Positions 37,947 through 46,919 of a stretch of DNA of 64,000 nt are shown one piece after another (position 1 is the stretch's first letter; the number at the start of each line of letters is the position of its first letter). A program made the translations under genes and the position numbers. The notes beneath the pieces were generated by a model, which saw only the letters and a program-made list of their open reading frames with translations, did no database searches and was not told the DNA's origin. Location: positions 32,001 through 96,000 of IMG/VR virus record IMGVR_UViG_3300027689_000001; one strand, given 5' to 3'. Source of the DNA: a virus. Taxonomy: Duplodnaviria > Caudoviricetes.

Positions 37947-38146
37947 GCTAATTCATCATTCTTCAAAAACATTGCACCACCAAGCATCATCAGAAACCCG
38001 ATAATCATCTGGAGACCGAAAGCGACTGCGCTAGGGGGATCCCCCGCAACACAGTCAGCAGCAGCGCGACACTCGAGGTAAAAATCTTCAGCACCGAGCG
38101 CACCAGCGACGAGGAGGAGACCAGCGATAAGCAAAACATATTTCAT
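37943..38146 (-). CDS. small membrane protein
   Basis: Two TM segments; early promoter upstream. Confidence 0.6.
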   Translation of the reverse strand: MKYVLLIAGLLLVAGALGAEDFYLECRAAADCVAGDPPSAVAFGLQMIIGFLMMLGGAMFLKNDELA

Positions 38147-38174
38147 AACAAAATCCTTTTCAAATTATATACAC

Positions 38175-38203
38175 AGTATACCCTAAAACGGAGATAAAGT
38201 CAA
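38175..38203 (-). promoter_or_regulatory. early promoter TTGACT-N17-TATACT
   Basis: Consensus match. Confidence 0.8.
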
Positions 38204-38538
38204 GCTTTAATTTCATGAAATCCAAGGGGAGCACAATAGTATAGAGTTCCATCAACCTCAAGGATGTCACCAACCGACATTGAGGAGCAGGGAGCGAGTT
38301 TGAAAATGTCTTCGAAATATATGCTTTCTTCCCAGAGATTCATTGCTTCGAACGCTTCTTCCATATCATCAACGTCAACGTTAGCAACGTGGGTGTAATA
38401 CTGGAAGTTTTCAGCTTTGAAATTACCTTCGAAACTACGATCGAAGTACGCTTTGATGCGGTCGCTAGTTTCGCCGCTGTTAACAGCAGTGATTTCAGCA
38501 TCGGTCAGTTGAATTTGGTAAACTTTAATCATTTTCAT
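38200..38538 (-). CDS. YodL-like protein
   Basis: KVYQI...Y..V...E.F...N...SMSVGDIL...YYC...GF pattern. Confidence 0.6.
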   Translation of the reverse strand: MKMIKVYQIQLTDAEITAVNSGETSDRIKAYFDRSFEGNFKAENFQYYTHVANVDVDDMEEAFEAMNLWEESIYFEDIFKLAPCSSMSVGDILEVDGTLYYCAPLGFHEIKA

Positions 38539-38558
38539 TTCCTTTTCTTAGTATTACC

Positions 38559-38587
38559 ATTCTACCCCAAAACGTGGTAAAAGTCAA
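38559..38587 (-). promoter_or_regulatory. early promoter TTGACT-N17-TAGAAT
   Basis: Consensus variant with the GGGGC upstream element shared with the 24408 and 24671 promoters. Confidence 0.75.
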
Positions 38588-38616
38588 GCCCCTAAATGAA
38601 AATGATTGAATTATTT

Positions 38617-39270
38617 TTAGTAAACTCGCATTTTTCTGACTATTCGGTTCATTATATCTTCGGTCGCACATACATTTAACACTAGCATGGTGCATCCATC
38701 AACATAGGAAAATAGCGAATGCGCCTTGGTCGTATTCATAAAATATGTGATACCTTCTCTTAGTTGCACAACCTTACCATCAAAAATCCAAGACATGTTT
38801 GATGAGTGAAATTTATAGAACGGCACGATAATTCTAAGCATATTATTAGGTAAACTGAATTCGTGATCTCTGTGCGGCGGAAAGAATCCACCTTTATCTA
38901 ATCGCAAGAAGTGTGAACGTCCCAAGGAATCACCGAAGAAATCAAACAATTCTGAGATCTCTGGTATCTCATATGAGAGTGAAGTTCTGACTTTGAAGTC
39001 TCTATCATAATAGAGTTTTTTTGTATGCATGTAGTATTCCATCAGACTTTCTAGGTCGGGAATACCAGAGTATCCACCATCCAAACTGGTCATCGATAAT
39101 CCGTAGCGATTAAACCCCTGCTTATATGTGTTATATTGCTTCCATTCTGGATGATTGACGATAAGATCTCTATATGCATTTACATCGATCTTGTGAAACC
39201 CCAGTTCCACCAGATCTCCATATGAGACGACAAATTCAGTAAGCGGATTAAAAGTTGCATTTTCCATCAA
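38617..39270 (-). CDS. aspartyl/asparaginyl beta-hydroxylase-like 2OG oxygenase
   Basis: GGFFPPHRD, LRIIVP and NTTKAHS. Confidence 0.65.
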   Translation of the reverse strand: MMENATFNPLTEFVVSYGDLVELGFHKIDVNAYRDLIVNHPEWKQYNTYKQGFNRYGLSMTSLDGGYSGIPDLESLMEYYMHTKKLYYDRDFKVRTSLSYEIPEISELFDFFGDSLGRSHFLRLDKGGFFPPHRDHEFSLPNNMLRIIVPFYKFHSSNMSWIFDGKVVQLREGITYFMNTTKAHSLFSYVDGCTMLVLNVCATEDIMNRIVRKMRVY

Positions 39271-39938
39271 TTGGTTCCTGGATCAATTTTACCGAGTTGG
39301 TCAAATGCCCATTGTCGTTCATGACAATGATAGCACACATTACATCGACCCGCATTCAGTTGCGTGCAGGAGTGTGACAACTCTAGTAGTCGTTCTGTGT
39401 TGAACATGAAATGTAAATCTATTGTATGAGATTTATAGAGGTCGTTGAATGGCAAACTTATAATTTCTGGATATGGATTTTCTGTCACTCGAAACGGATC
39501 GACTGCAATATCAGATTCAAACGGCCAAGGTTGTGGTACTGCTCTCTGGTCTGCTAGGAAAACATGTAGGTCTGTGAACGTAGGATCGTACTTATCGAAA
39601 ACTGCTCGAACACTTTCGCTAATTTGCACCGAATGGTGTAGATCTTGCACATTTTCTGCACCAAAGATTATTGGTTGTAGTAGATTAATATCGAGTTTCT
39701 CATTTATCCAGTTTACGATGCCTGCGCTATGCAGTTCAGCACCATCTGTTTTCGGGACAGTGAAAATATATTTAATTTCATCTGTAGATCTTCCAGTTTG
39801 CATCAACTCGAGGCACATCAGATAGAGCAATATTGCACTATCAGCACCACTGCTCAACATTATACCAATGCTTCTATTTTCTGGAATCGTTAATTCAAAC
39901 GAATCTCTGCTATTTTCTGGTCCACACGTAACAATCAT
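39267..39938 (-). CDS. QueC-like PP-loop ATPase
   Basis: SSGADS PP-loop; SHSC...RCNVCYHCHER Zn motif. Confidence 0.7.
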   Translation of the reverse strand: MIVTCGPENSRDSFELTIPENRSIGIMLSSGADSAILLYLMCLELMQTGRSTDEIKYIFTVPKTDGAELHSAGIVNWINEKLDINLLQPIIFGAENVQDLHHSVQISESVRAVFDKYDPTFTDLHVFLADQRAVPQPWPFESDIAVDPFRVTENPYPEIISLPFNDLYKSHTIDLHFMFNTERLLELSHSCTQLNAGRCNVCYHCHERQWAFDQLGKIDPGTN

Positions 39939-39959
39939 AAATCACCTCTGCAATATTTA

Positions 39960-41558
39960 TTACTGTATAACATCAAGTTTTTGCTGTTTGTATTTCTCGA
40001 TAAAATCGACTTTTGTGTGTAATGGTGGTCTAATACCACCTAGATCTCGATACGACCCTAGCATATCCTGATCAGTTTTACCTGCAACATACCATTCGGA
40101 CATTTTCCAATGTTCTGCGCCAAAGTCCATCCAATCTTCTTTACTCCAGAAATTGTTGATAATCCACAATATTGCATCTCTTTCTGTCATACCTGTATTA
40201 CTTTTCCATTTATGTAGCATTACAGATGGGACGAGGTTGCGAGCAGTCATTTTAATTTGATACTTCATTTCAGGAGCAATAAAATTGCTTTGAAATACTC
40301 TTTTGAGATCAGGATGAGATTCATCTAGTTTAACTTCTTGCGGATCGATTAAAGTATAACCCTGCTTTTCATATGTCGTGGATAATGTGTTTTGTTTAAC
40401 ATTATTATGAGTGCTCGCGATGACCAATGGATTTAAATGCACATGATTCGTTTTCCAATGTTCGTAAATCCATTTTCGAGTTTCATTGAGCGTTTCGTCA
40501 GTTTCATACGGCAATCCTACAATGAGAGCGATACTTCCCCTATAATACCCATTATGTTTCATAAAATAATCTTTGGTATTAAGAATTGCTTGCTGAATCT
40601 TAGCAGGTTCCATCCCCTTACCGATAGCAGCAGCACTAGCACGATTAAATGACTCAACACCGTAAAAATGACCATTAAACTGCATACGAGCAAGATGCTC
40701 AATGTCTTGTGGTCTGGTATGTAGTAAGTCTGCTCTAATATATCCACCAAAGTTTGGTTTAAACGGCAGAGTTTCTACTACATTTGCATACTTTATAATC
40801 TTCTCGCTGTAATCATTAAAAGTTTCGTCTGCGATTGAATAGCGTTGTATACCATAATTGTCATAATTTCGCATAAGGTTATCTCGGAAATCTTCAGAGC
40901 ATCTAGTATGGTCATCTTTAACTCCCAGAACGGGATATGTGCAGAACGCACATTTAAACCTGCATCCACGACTTGTTTCTATAGTAACTGATTCGAACGA
41001 GTTCATGAAATCTCGTTTTTCATAATCAACTGAAAGGTTACGCATCGGATACGCAGGATATTGTTTTAGTGCATGAACAGTTCTTCTTGTATTGCCTTCT
41101 TTATCGATTATTTCTTCTGTGGACTTTACAGTACCTTTTAAGATTTCTAAAATTGCAAGTTCACCATAACCTACTACCATGTAGTCTGCTGGAATAAAGT
41201 GCAGATTGTAAAAATCAGTTGCTCCTGTTACTAATATAACATCTGGATAGGTCTGCTTCAACCAAGTAAAACAACGAACGAGAGTTTTTGTATTCATGTT
41301 GAATATTGCTCCCAGACCAACAAACTTCATTTTTGAAGTCATCCGCGAACGAATCAATTGTTGGAATTCTTCAAATTTCCAAGAAGGAGCAAAATCTACG
41401 ACTTCAATGTCGAGACCATGTTGGCGCAAAAACGAGGCAATTCTATGAGAACCTGCGCTTCTGTGAAGAGAACTATAACTTAGACCATCAATATCCTGTA
41501 TTCGTGTGTGTTCATCTACATTTATCATTCCACCAAAAATTATACCATCTAATGCCAT
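39960..41558 (-). CDS. cobalamin-binding-type (class B-like) radical SAM protein
   Basis: N-terminal B12-binding-like domain, ETSRGCRFKCAFC, ADETFN, GVESF and IVGLPYET. Confidence 0.85.
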   Translation of the reverse strand: MALDGIIFGGMINVDEHTRIQDIDGLSYSSLHRSAGSHRIASFLRQHGLDIEVVDFAPSWKFEEFQQLIRSRMTSKMKFVGLGAIFNMNTKTLVRCFTWLKQTYPDVILVTGATDFYNLHFIPADYMVVGYGELAILEILKGTVKSTEEIIDKEGNTRRTVHALKQYPAYPMRNLSVDYEKRDFMNSFESVTIETSRGCRFKCAFCTYPVLGVKDDHTRCSEDFRDNLMRNYDNYGIQRYSIADETFNDYSEKIIKYANVVETLPFKPNFGGYIRADLLHTRPQDIEHLARMQFNGHFYGVESFNRASAAAIGKGMEPAKIQQAILNTKDYFMKHNGYYRGSIALIVGLPYETDETLNETRKWIYEHWKTNHVHLNPLVIASTHNNVKQNTLSTTYEKQGYTLIDPQEVKLDESHPDLKRVFQSNFIAPEMKYQIKMTARNLVPSVMLHKWKSNTGMTERDAILWIINNFWSKEDWMDFGAEHWKMSEWYVAGKTDQDMLGSYRDLGGIRPPLHTKVDFIEKYKQQKLDVIQ

Positions 41559-42181
41559 TATTCAATCCATTCCAAAGTTTTTAATTTTGTGATCAATTGT
41601 TCTTCATAGGAAGAATCCCACAAATGATATATAATCCACTGTTTTACATTTTTTAAGTTAATTGGATAATCATATGGCATAGTCGGAGAGATTTTTCTAT
41701 CTTTCCTCGCCCACCACTGACCAGTTTCGTCACGAAAAGATGTCTTGAAATTGGCAGGATCATTGATTTTATTATATCCATAGACAAATCGTTTATTGTA
41801 TTCATTCATCGAGATAAAAAAACCTGCCATGCCATTTTCTCTGGCAACATCAAAAATGAAGTCTTTGATGTCACCCTGTAATGCATGACAATTTATACCT
41901 GGAATAGTATAAGTACGACATCCCATGCACACCATTCTATCTATTTCCGAGACATAAAATCCATGCCCGCAAACAATTCGTCCTTCTTTTTTACATACCA
42001 CATACCCATTGGTAGGACCATCGAATCTCTTCTCCTTATACAGAAGATACAGTAGAGTGTGTGGTTTGTTTTCCCAGTCGACAAAATCCATATTAAAAGC
42101 AGCAGGACGTATGTCGTTCTGGGATTCCTTACAGAATTGTAATATTTCTTCTATGGGATAATTACTGTCAATACGAATCAT
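41558..42181 (-). CDS. hypothetical protein (possible GNAT-like fold)
   Basis: 207-aa coupled ORF; the fold call is a guess. Confidence 0.5.
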   Translation of the reverse strand: MIRIDSNYPIEEILQFCKESQNDIRPAAFNMDFVDWENKPHTLLYLLYKEKRFDGPTNGYVVCKKEGRIVCGHGFYVSEIDRMVCMGCRTYTIPGINCHALQGDIKDFIFDVARENGMAGFFISMNEYNKRFVYGYNKINDPANFKTSFRDETGQWWARKDRKISPTMPYDYPINLKNVKQWIIYHLWDSSYEEQLITKLKTLEWIE

Positions 42182-42813
42182 AAACCCAACCGTGCTCTTG
42201 CTGCGCTTAAATCTTCATCAAATAATATATTATAATTCTCTGCAAGTAAGAACTTAGCATTCTTTCCTCGTAAATATGCTTTTTGTATCAAACCAATGTC
42301 AGAAAGTTTCATTCCTCTATGAACGAACCCAACAAATGAAATGAGCAACCAACCAAGCGATTTAGTTTGTGCGAATGAGAACATTGCGAGGCACATCTCC
42401 CCCAATATCTGGGTGTCATAACCTGTTAGTACATGCCATGTGTCGTGTGTATCTCTGTATCTTCTTGCCATCCAATTGTAAGGATGTTTCGCTTCGATCC
42501 AAACATCATTAGATTTTCGTTTGCTTATTCTTATAAGCAGTTCTTGATTTGGAAATATCTCATGACAGCGTTTGCCAACGGAACCTTCTGGTCGATCACC
42601 GAGAGTAGGGAAGTATTCGTATACTTCTTCAGAGTTGTATGCAACCTCGCCACCGTGTTCTGTTTCCAGAAGTTTGTTGTATGTCCACTTCAAAGAAGGT
42701 GCGTTCGTAGCATGCAGTAACTGAAACAGAAAGATTGTGTTATGTGGTTTTTTAATCAATTTACCCACAATCTTTATTGCTGTTTTCAGATCTATTTTAT
42801 ACTGCAGTCTCAT
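42178..42813 (-). CDS. Coq4-like protein
   Basis: PEGSVG and RYRDTHDTWHVLTGY.....GE (HDxxH...E metal motif). Confidence 0.8.
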   Translation of the reverse strand: MRLQYKIDLKTAIKIVGKLIKKPHNTIFLFQLLHATNAPSLKWTYNKLLETEHGGEVAYNSEEVYEYFPTLGDRPEGSVGKRCHEIFPNQELLIRISKRKSNDVWIEAKHPYNWMARRYRDTHDTWHVLTGYDTQILGEMCLAMFSFAQTKSLGWLLISFVGFVHRGMKLSDIGLIQKAYLRGKNAKFLLAENYNILFDEDLSAARARLGL

Positions 42814-43549
42814 TCAAAATGACTTTCAATTCTTTAAGCACTTTCTTAATTTCAGACGCATTACTCAAGAAGGTATGAAAATTGCCACTATCTTCCAAGT
42901 CATACACATAAAGATGCTCATCCGTTAGAACATAATTTATGTCTGAATTATAGTATAATTTATAAGATGCAACGATGTCCTCTGAACCAATAAACTTCTC
43001 ATCGAAATTGAAAGTATTAACTGCCTTATTAGAATATAACAGCATTCGATTATACTGCAAATTATCTAACAATAATTTACCGAGTTCTAATAATCGAAGT
43101 TTATGCGCACCCTGCACGTCAGCAAATTTGAACACATTACCATTAGACAAAAATGCATTACTGGTTGTTGCACTTCCATTATATGTCACGAAACCATCAA
43201 TCAAACCGACAACATCAACGTCTGGTTTATTGTTCACAATATTAACAAGTTTGGTCAATGCATCAGGAGCAAGATAGTCATCCGCATCAACTTGCATGTA
43301 ATATGCATGTGAACGAGATCGGAAAATCTCTAGAACAGAATTTTTTCCCTTCGCTGGTGTTCCGTTAGATTCAGTTACCAGAAACTCTACATTGTATTCC
43401 TCTGCAACAGATCTCGCTTGCTCTACAAATGAAAAATCGAGAGTGTTGCATACCACAACCACATCACTGGTTTGAGGTAGAACACTCTCGATACAACGTT
43501 TTAATTTTTCAACATCCCTTGAAGTAAGGACTGCAACCAATAGATTCAT
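42797..43549 (-). CDS. glycosyltransferase family 2
   Basis: CIESV, GKN, VDADD (DxD) and SED. Confidence 0.8.
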   Translation of the reverse strand: MNLLVAVLTSRDVEKLKRCIESVLPQTSDVVVVCNTLDFSFVEQARSVAEEYNVEFLVTESNGTPAKGKNSVLEIFRSRSHAYYMQVDADDYLAPDALTKLVNIVNNKPDVDVVGLIDGFVTYNGSATTSNAFLSNGNVFKFADVQGAHKLRLLELGKLLLDNLQYNRMLLYSNKAVNTFNFDEKFIGSEDIVASYKLYYNSDINYVLTDEHLYVYDLEDSGNFHTFLSNASEIKKVLKELKVILNETAV

Positions 43550-43863
43550 CCTATCAATGAACCTCCTGCTTTCCTCTTCGCCTTGGCGACTGCTGCTTGG
43601 GTTTTGATAGTCTTACTGTCTTTTTTGCCATAGTCTTGAGCAAGAGGACTGTTGGGATTTGCGTCTGAAATTTTTGCCATCACTTCCTTGAAGTGGTCTG
43701 GTGGTCTAACGCCATCACCTACGCCACCGATAATATTCGGTGCAGTTATGCCTTGGATAAGGTGTGGATTTTTCTCTAGAAACTCTTGTAATGCATCAAA
43801 TGAACCCCAGAAATCATCCTGGGGTTCACGTGTTTCTACATCTAAAACAGTATATAAGGGCAT
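43546..43863 (-). CDS. conserved T4-like hypothetical protein
   Basis: MPLY...FLEKNPHL...FKEVMAKI...NPNSPLA. Confidence 0.65.
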   Translation of the reverse strand: MPLYTVLDVETREPQDDFWGSFDALQEFLEKNPHLIQGITAPNIIGGVGDGVRPPDHFKEVMAKISDANPNSPLAQDYGKKDSKTIKTQAAVAKAKRKAGGSLIG

Positions 43864-43900
43864 TATTATTGATCTCTAATTATTGTCAAACTACACTCTA

Positions 43901-43929
43901 TATATACTATAATTTCTCGTATAAGTCAA
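43901..43929 (-). promoter_or_regulatory. early promoter TTGACT-N17-TATATA
   Basis: Consensus variant. Confidence 0.55.
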
Positions 43930-43940
43930 TAGTTTTTTAA

Positions 43941-44129
43941 TTACTTCGAATCTGTTTGCGGAGTCGCTTCCGCCGCAAAAACTTCTACAGTTTCTGTTGC
44001 ATTTGCTGTAGCAAGTGCTTCATCTGCTGCTGGGCCAGCGGCTTCTGATACAGTTGGGGTTTCCTCGCTAGGAGTACACGCTGCTGTAAGTGCAATAACT
44101 GCTGCTGCCATAAAAGTCTTGATATTCAT
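43941..44129 (-). CDS. small lipoprotein
   Basis: Signal peptide with lipobox LTAAC followed by an Ala/Glu/Thr-rich tail. Confidence 0.7.
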   Translation of the reverse strand: MNIKTFMAAAVIALTAACTPSEETPTVSEAAGPAADEALATANATETVEVFAAEATPQTDSK

Positions 44130-44170
44130 AATTTATTCCTTGGTTGTTAAATGGTACCCTGATTGGGTAT

Positions 44171-44244
44171 TGGAGCGGATAGTGAGACTCAAACTCACCT
44201 CTTTAGCTTGGAAGGCTAAGGCACAATCTCTATACCATACCCGC
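44171..44244 (-). tRNA. tRNA-Gly(TCC)
   Basis: Cloverleaf; anticodon arm TTAGC-CTTCCAA-GCTAA; encoded CCA; T-loop variant TTTGAGT. Confidence 0.9.
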
Positions 44245-44258
44245 ATTAAACTTCTTAA

Positions 44259-44341
44259 TGGTACGCCTAGAGGGACTCGAACCCCCACGCTTTCGCACTG
44301 GTACCTAAAACCAGCGTGTCTACCAATTCCACCATAGGCGC
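44259..44341 (-). tRNA. tRNA-Leu(TAG)
   Basis: CTGGT-TTTAGGT-ACCAG, variable arm, GTTCGAGT, CCA. Confidence 0.92.
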
Positions 44342-44351
44342 ATAAAAGAGT

Positions 44352-44462
44352 GACCACCTAAGTGTGCCTTGATTGCTTACTTCGCGACGTTGCAATCTTC
44401 CCAGATAAACAATACGGTTGCAACCGTATTTTTACCCCTTCACGGGTTCAGCATAGGTGGTC
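44352..44462 (-). ncRNA. unidentified structured RNA between tRNA-Asn and tRNA-Leu
   Basis: Closing helix GACCACCTA/TAGGTGGTC enclosing three hairpins; no credible ORF. Confidence 0.5.
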
Positions 44463-44477
44463 TATTCGTATTCAAAC

Positions 44478-44552
44478 TGGCTCCCTAAGATGGATTCGAA
44501 CCACCGACCAATTGATTAACAGTCAACTGCGCTACCGCTGCGCCATTAGGGA
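44478..44552 (-). tRNA. tRNA-Asn(GTT)
   Basis: GTTGA-CTGTTAA-TCAAT, GTTCGAAT, CCA. Confidence 0.93.
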
Positions 44553-44559
44553 ATAAAAC

Positions 44560-44635
<76 letters not shown>

Positions 44636-44645
44636 GGAAACTTAT

Positions 44646-45047
44646 TTATTCTTCCAACCACTTCTTGATAGAACCATACTTGAGATCGAGACGATACTCA
44701 AGAGATTCCCAACCATAGAAGCGCATTTCTTCGTCATCAATGCCTTCTGCTTCACAGATAATGGCGACTGCTGCCGCATTATCAAAGCAGTTCTTGACCA
44801 AACCCATGATGCCGTCTACACGACAAACGAACTCAGCGAAGTTACGATCCTGACGAATCTTTTCTTCGTCGATCTGCACAGAGAGTATCCCGACGAGACG
44901 CTCGTATTCAGCATCAAACTCTTCAGTTGAAGAGAAGGTAACATCACGAGGACGGAAACCATACACATCTTTGTGTAGGTCTGAAAAGATGTTGCCATCC
45001 TTAGAGTTGGTAGCGACATTAATATCACGAAGAGTCAACATAGTCAA
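44646..45047 (-). CDS. conserved phage hypothetical protein
   Basis: SDLHKDVYGFRPR motif; early promoter upstream. Confidence 0.7.
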   Translation of the reverse strand: MTMLTLRDINVATNSKDGNIFSDLHKDVYGFRPRDVTFSSTEEFDAEYERLVGILSVQIDEEKIRQDRNFAEFVCRVDGIMGLVKNCFDNAAAVAIICEAEGIDDEEMRFYGWESLEYRLDLKYGSIKKWLEE

Positions 45048-45069
45048 TTTCCTTTCAAACTATACACAC

Positions 45070-45098
45070 AGTATACCTCAAAACGTAGAAGAAGTCAA
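45070..45098 (-). promoter_or_regulatory. early promoter TTGACT-N17-TATACT
   Basis: Consensus match. Confidence 0.8.
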
Positions 45099-45125
45099 CA
45101 CTTATTTTCATTTTATTTCAAAAAA

Positions 45126-45201
45126 TGGTGAACCCTGCTGGATTCGAACCAGCGACCTTGAAGTTAAAAGCATCCTGCTCTACCTACTGAGCTAAGGGTC
45201 C
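45126..45201 (-). tRNA. tRNA-Lys(TTT)
   Basis: Loop CTTTTAA, GTTCGAAT, CCA; imperfect anticodon stem. Confidence 0.85.
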
Positions 45202-45206
45202 AATAC

Positions 45207-45294
45207 TGGAGGAAGCGGTGGGATTCGAACCCACGGTACCTTTCGGTACGCTAGTTTTCAAGACTAGATCAATCGACCACTCTGACACGCTTCC
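45207..45294 (-). tRNA. tRNA-Ser(TGA)
   Basis: CTAGT-CTTGAAA-ACTAG, long variable arm GTACC-GAAA-GGTAC, CCA. Confidence 0.93.
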
Positions 45295-45310
45295 AATTAG
45301 TTAGAGAACC

Positions 45311-45339
45311 AATATACGCTTTATTTAAGATGAAGTCAA
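45311..45339 (-). promoter_or_regulatory. early promoter TTGACT-N17-TATATT for the tRNA cluster
   Basis: Consensus variant 16 nt upstream of tRNA-Ser. Confidence 0.65.
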
Positions 45340-45351
45340 TACTTTTTTAAT

Positions 45352-45846
45352 TTATTTGTATGGATCGTAATGTCTCCCCCATAACCATCCACTCGGTAGA
45401 CTGAACGATCTTGGGTCGACCAGATGCGTCTTGCCACTAGGTTCAACACACCACTTTCGCACACGCATACTTTGCATAAGACTCATCTTGCGGCGAGTCT
45501 CGTAGGAGTGCCTCCGATTATACATCGGATTATTCTCTCCTCGACGAGTTCCCTTCATCGTCCTGCTAATCTTTGCCCGATGCTCATCTGACAATCCATT
45601 GGCATTTGGGTTTTTACTACCCTTCTTTGCCTCGGCAATTTTTTCTCTGCCTTCTGGAGTGTGCAATTTATTACGTTGACGAGTTACCTTGTCGACGACT
45701 TTAGAGATCTTTTGTTGTTTAGAAGCAGTTTCGCGAATCAACTCAATATTGGTTGTTTGTAGAATCAACTCACGAGGTTTTGGAACGATAGTTGGATCCT
45801 TTACGATCCACAGTTCCGTCTTATGTTGAAAGAGGTAAAACCTCAT
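45352..45846 (-). CDS. NUMOD3-motif DNA-binding protein
   Basis: HTPEGREKIAEAKKG, SDEHRAKIS and GENNPMY.RRHSYETRRKMS. Confidence 0.7.
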   Translation of the reverse strand: MRFYLFQHKTELWIVKDPTIVPKPRELILQTTNIELIRETASKQQKISKVVDKVTRQRNKLHTPEGREKIAEAKKGSKNPNANGLSDEHRAKISRTMKGTRRGENNPMYNRRHSYETRRKMSLMQSMRVRKWCVEPSGKTHLVDPRSFSLPSGWLWGRHYDPYK

Positions 45847-46231
45847 TTACAATGCCTTTATCAATCAACGTCAAATCATGCTCACGATCAATGTACTTAA
45901 ACTCGACATGATCTGGATCAAATTCCTGGAGCGCCTCGAAAACATCCTTCGTATTCAGCGCTGAACACGTATAGACATCAAGTTGCATAAGAGCAGGAGA
46001 AACTTCATCCCACACATGCATAGCAATATGACTAGTTTCGATAATAGTAACTGCGGTCAGACCACGATTACCTTCCATATCCGAGTAAATCGCATATGGA
46101 CCCATCAGTATTTTCATACCAATTTTAGAAACTAATGTCTTCATCCAATCTTGAATCGCTTCTGCACAAGTTGGAGGATTGTTCAATTCAGCCCTGATAA
46201 TCAGGTGTTTGTGTTCAAGAATTTGCCCCAT
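45821..46231 (-). CDS. speD: S-adenosylmethionine decarboxylase proenzyme (pyruvoyl-dependent)
   Basis: HLII, GLTAVTIIETSHIAMHVW and LDVYTCS. Confidence 0.85.
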   Translation of the reverse strand: MGQILEHKHLIIRAELNNPPTCAEAIQDWMKTLVSKIGMKILMGPYAIYSDMEGNRGLTAVTIIETSHIAMHVWDEVSPALMQLDVYTCSALNTKDVFEALQEFDPDHVEFKYIDREHDLTLIDKGIVNEVLPLST

Positions 46232-46264
46232 CGATGTTCCTTCTTCGTAGGTGCTGGAAAGATC

Positions 46265-46272
46265 TATTTATA
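46265..46272 (-). promoter_or_regulatory. T4-type late promoter TATAAATA
   Basis: Exact consensus overlapping the stop of the upstream gene, pointing at speD. Confidence 0.6.
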
Positions 46273-46852
46273 TGGGCAAACTAGTGCTATAATTAAAGTT
46301 GCCAAAATCTTCTTCAAATAGATTAAGGATCAATTTCTCTCTAGATTTATCATAGTAATCCAAATAATTATATGGAGGAGTAACATTCATTTTTTGAGAT
46401 ATCTTAAAACCTAATTTATCTTCAATGTCAGCATACCCATCTTCATATTTAAAAATATTTGGAACGATACCTTTACTTCCTGTTAGAAATTCAGTTTGCG
46501 TAGTAGTTGGAATATGAAAGTTGTTATCTTTTTTTGTATACAGTTCTTCAAAAGTCAAGTCAGGAAGGTTATCTTTAAAATCATATATGGTTTTTAAAAA
46601 TACATAAAAACTTACAGCTCTGACAAACGGATTTCTCACAACAGAAAACACCCATCGATCTTCAACCAACGACTCCCAATAAGAGTAAGGATTATGCATC
46701 TGCATTAACTGTATCCAGTCCGTACTTTCTTCGCTGAACGGATCGACAGGCATGTATTTTGCATCAGGGCAATTTGATTTTATACTCACCTTTATACTCA
46801 TCCCAGATGTTTTTGGAATGTGTATAAAGGCAAATTTATCTGTGTAGATCAT
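46268..46852 (-). CDS. sulfotransferase family protein
   Basis: FIHIPKTSG, VRNPFVRAVS and EDF..FNY. Confidence 0.8.
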   Translation of the reverse strand: MIYTDKFAFIHIPKTSGMSIKVSIKSNCPDAKYMPVDPFSEESTDWIQLMQMHNPYSYWESLVEDRWVFSVVRNPFVRAVSFYVFLKTIYDFKDNLPDLTFEELYTKKDNNFHIPTTTQTEFLTGSKGIVPNIFKYEDGYADIEDKLGFKISQKMNVTPPYNYLDYYDKSREKLILNLFEEDFGNFNYSTSLPI

Positions 46853-46919
46853 ATCTTCTGTTTAACCCCCCAAACAACCAAGAGTTCTCTACTCTCGCGT
46901 TTGCGAAATAAAGTAAAGA

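Noticed and set aside
39267-39938. 7-deazaguanine (preQ0/dpdA) DNA modification pathway
   Set aside because: Only a QueC-like gene is present; no folE, queD, queE or dpdA is recognisable in the window.
44352-44462. Seventh tRNA, or a tRNA-trailer HDV-like (theta) ribozyme
   Set aside because: There is no T-loop or CCA. The element starts about 15 nt after an already CCA-ending tRNA, and I could not build the nested pseudoknot by eye, so it is kept as an unidentified RNA.
44133-44556. ORFs 44133-44357, 44119-44337 and 44362-44556
   Set aside because: They overlap tRNA genes and are spurious.
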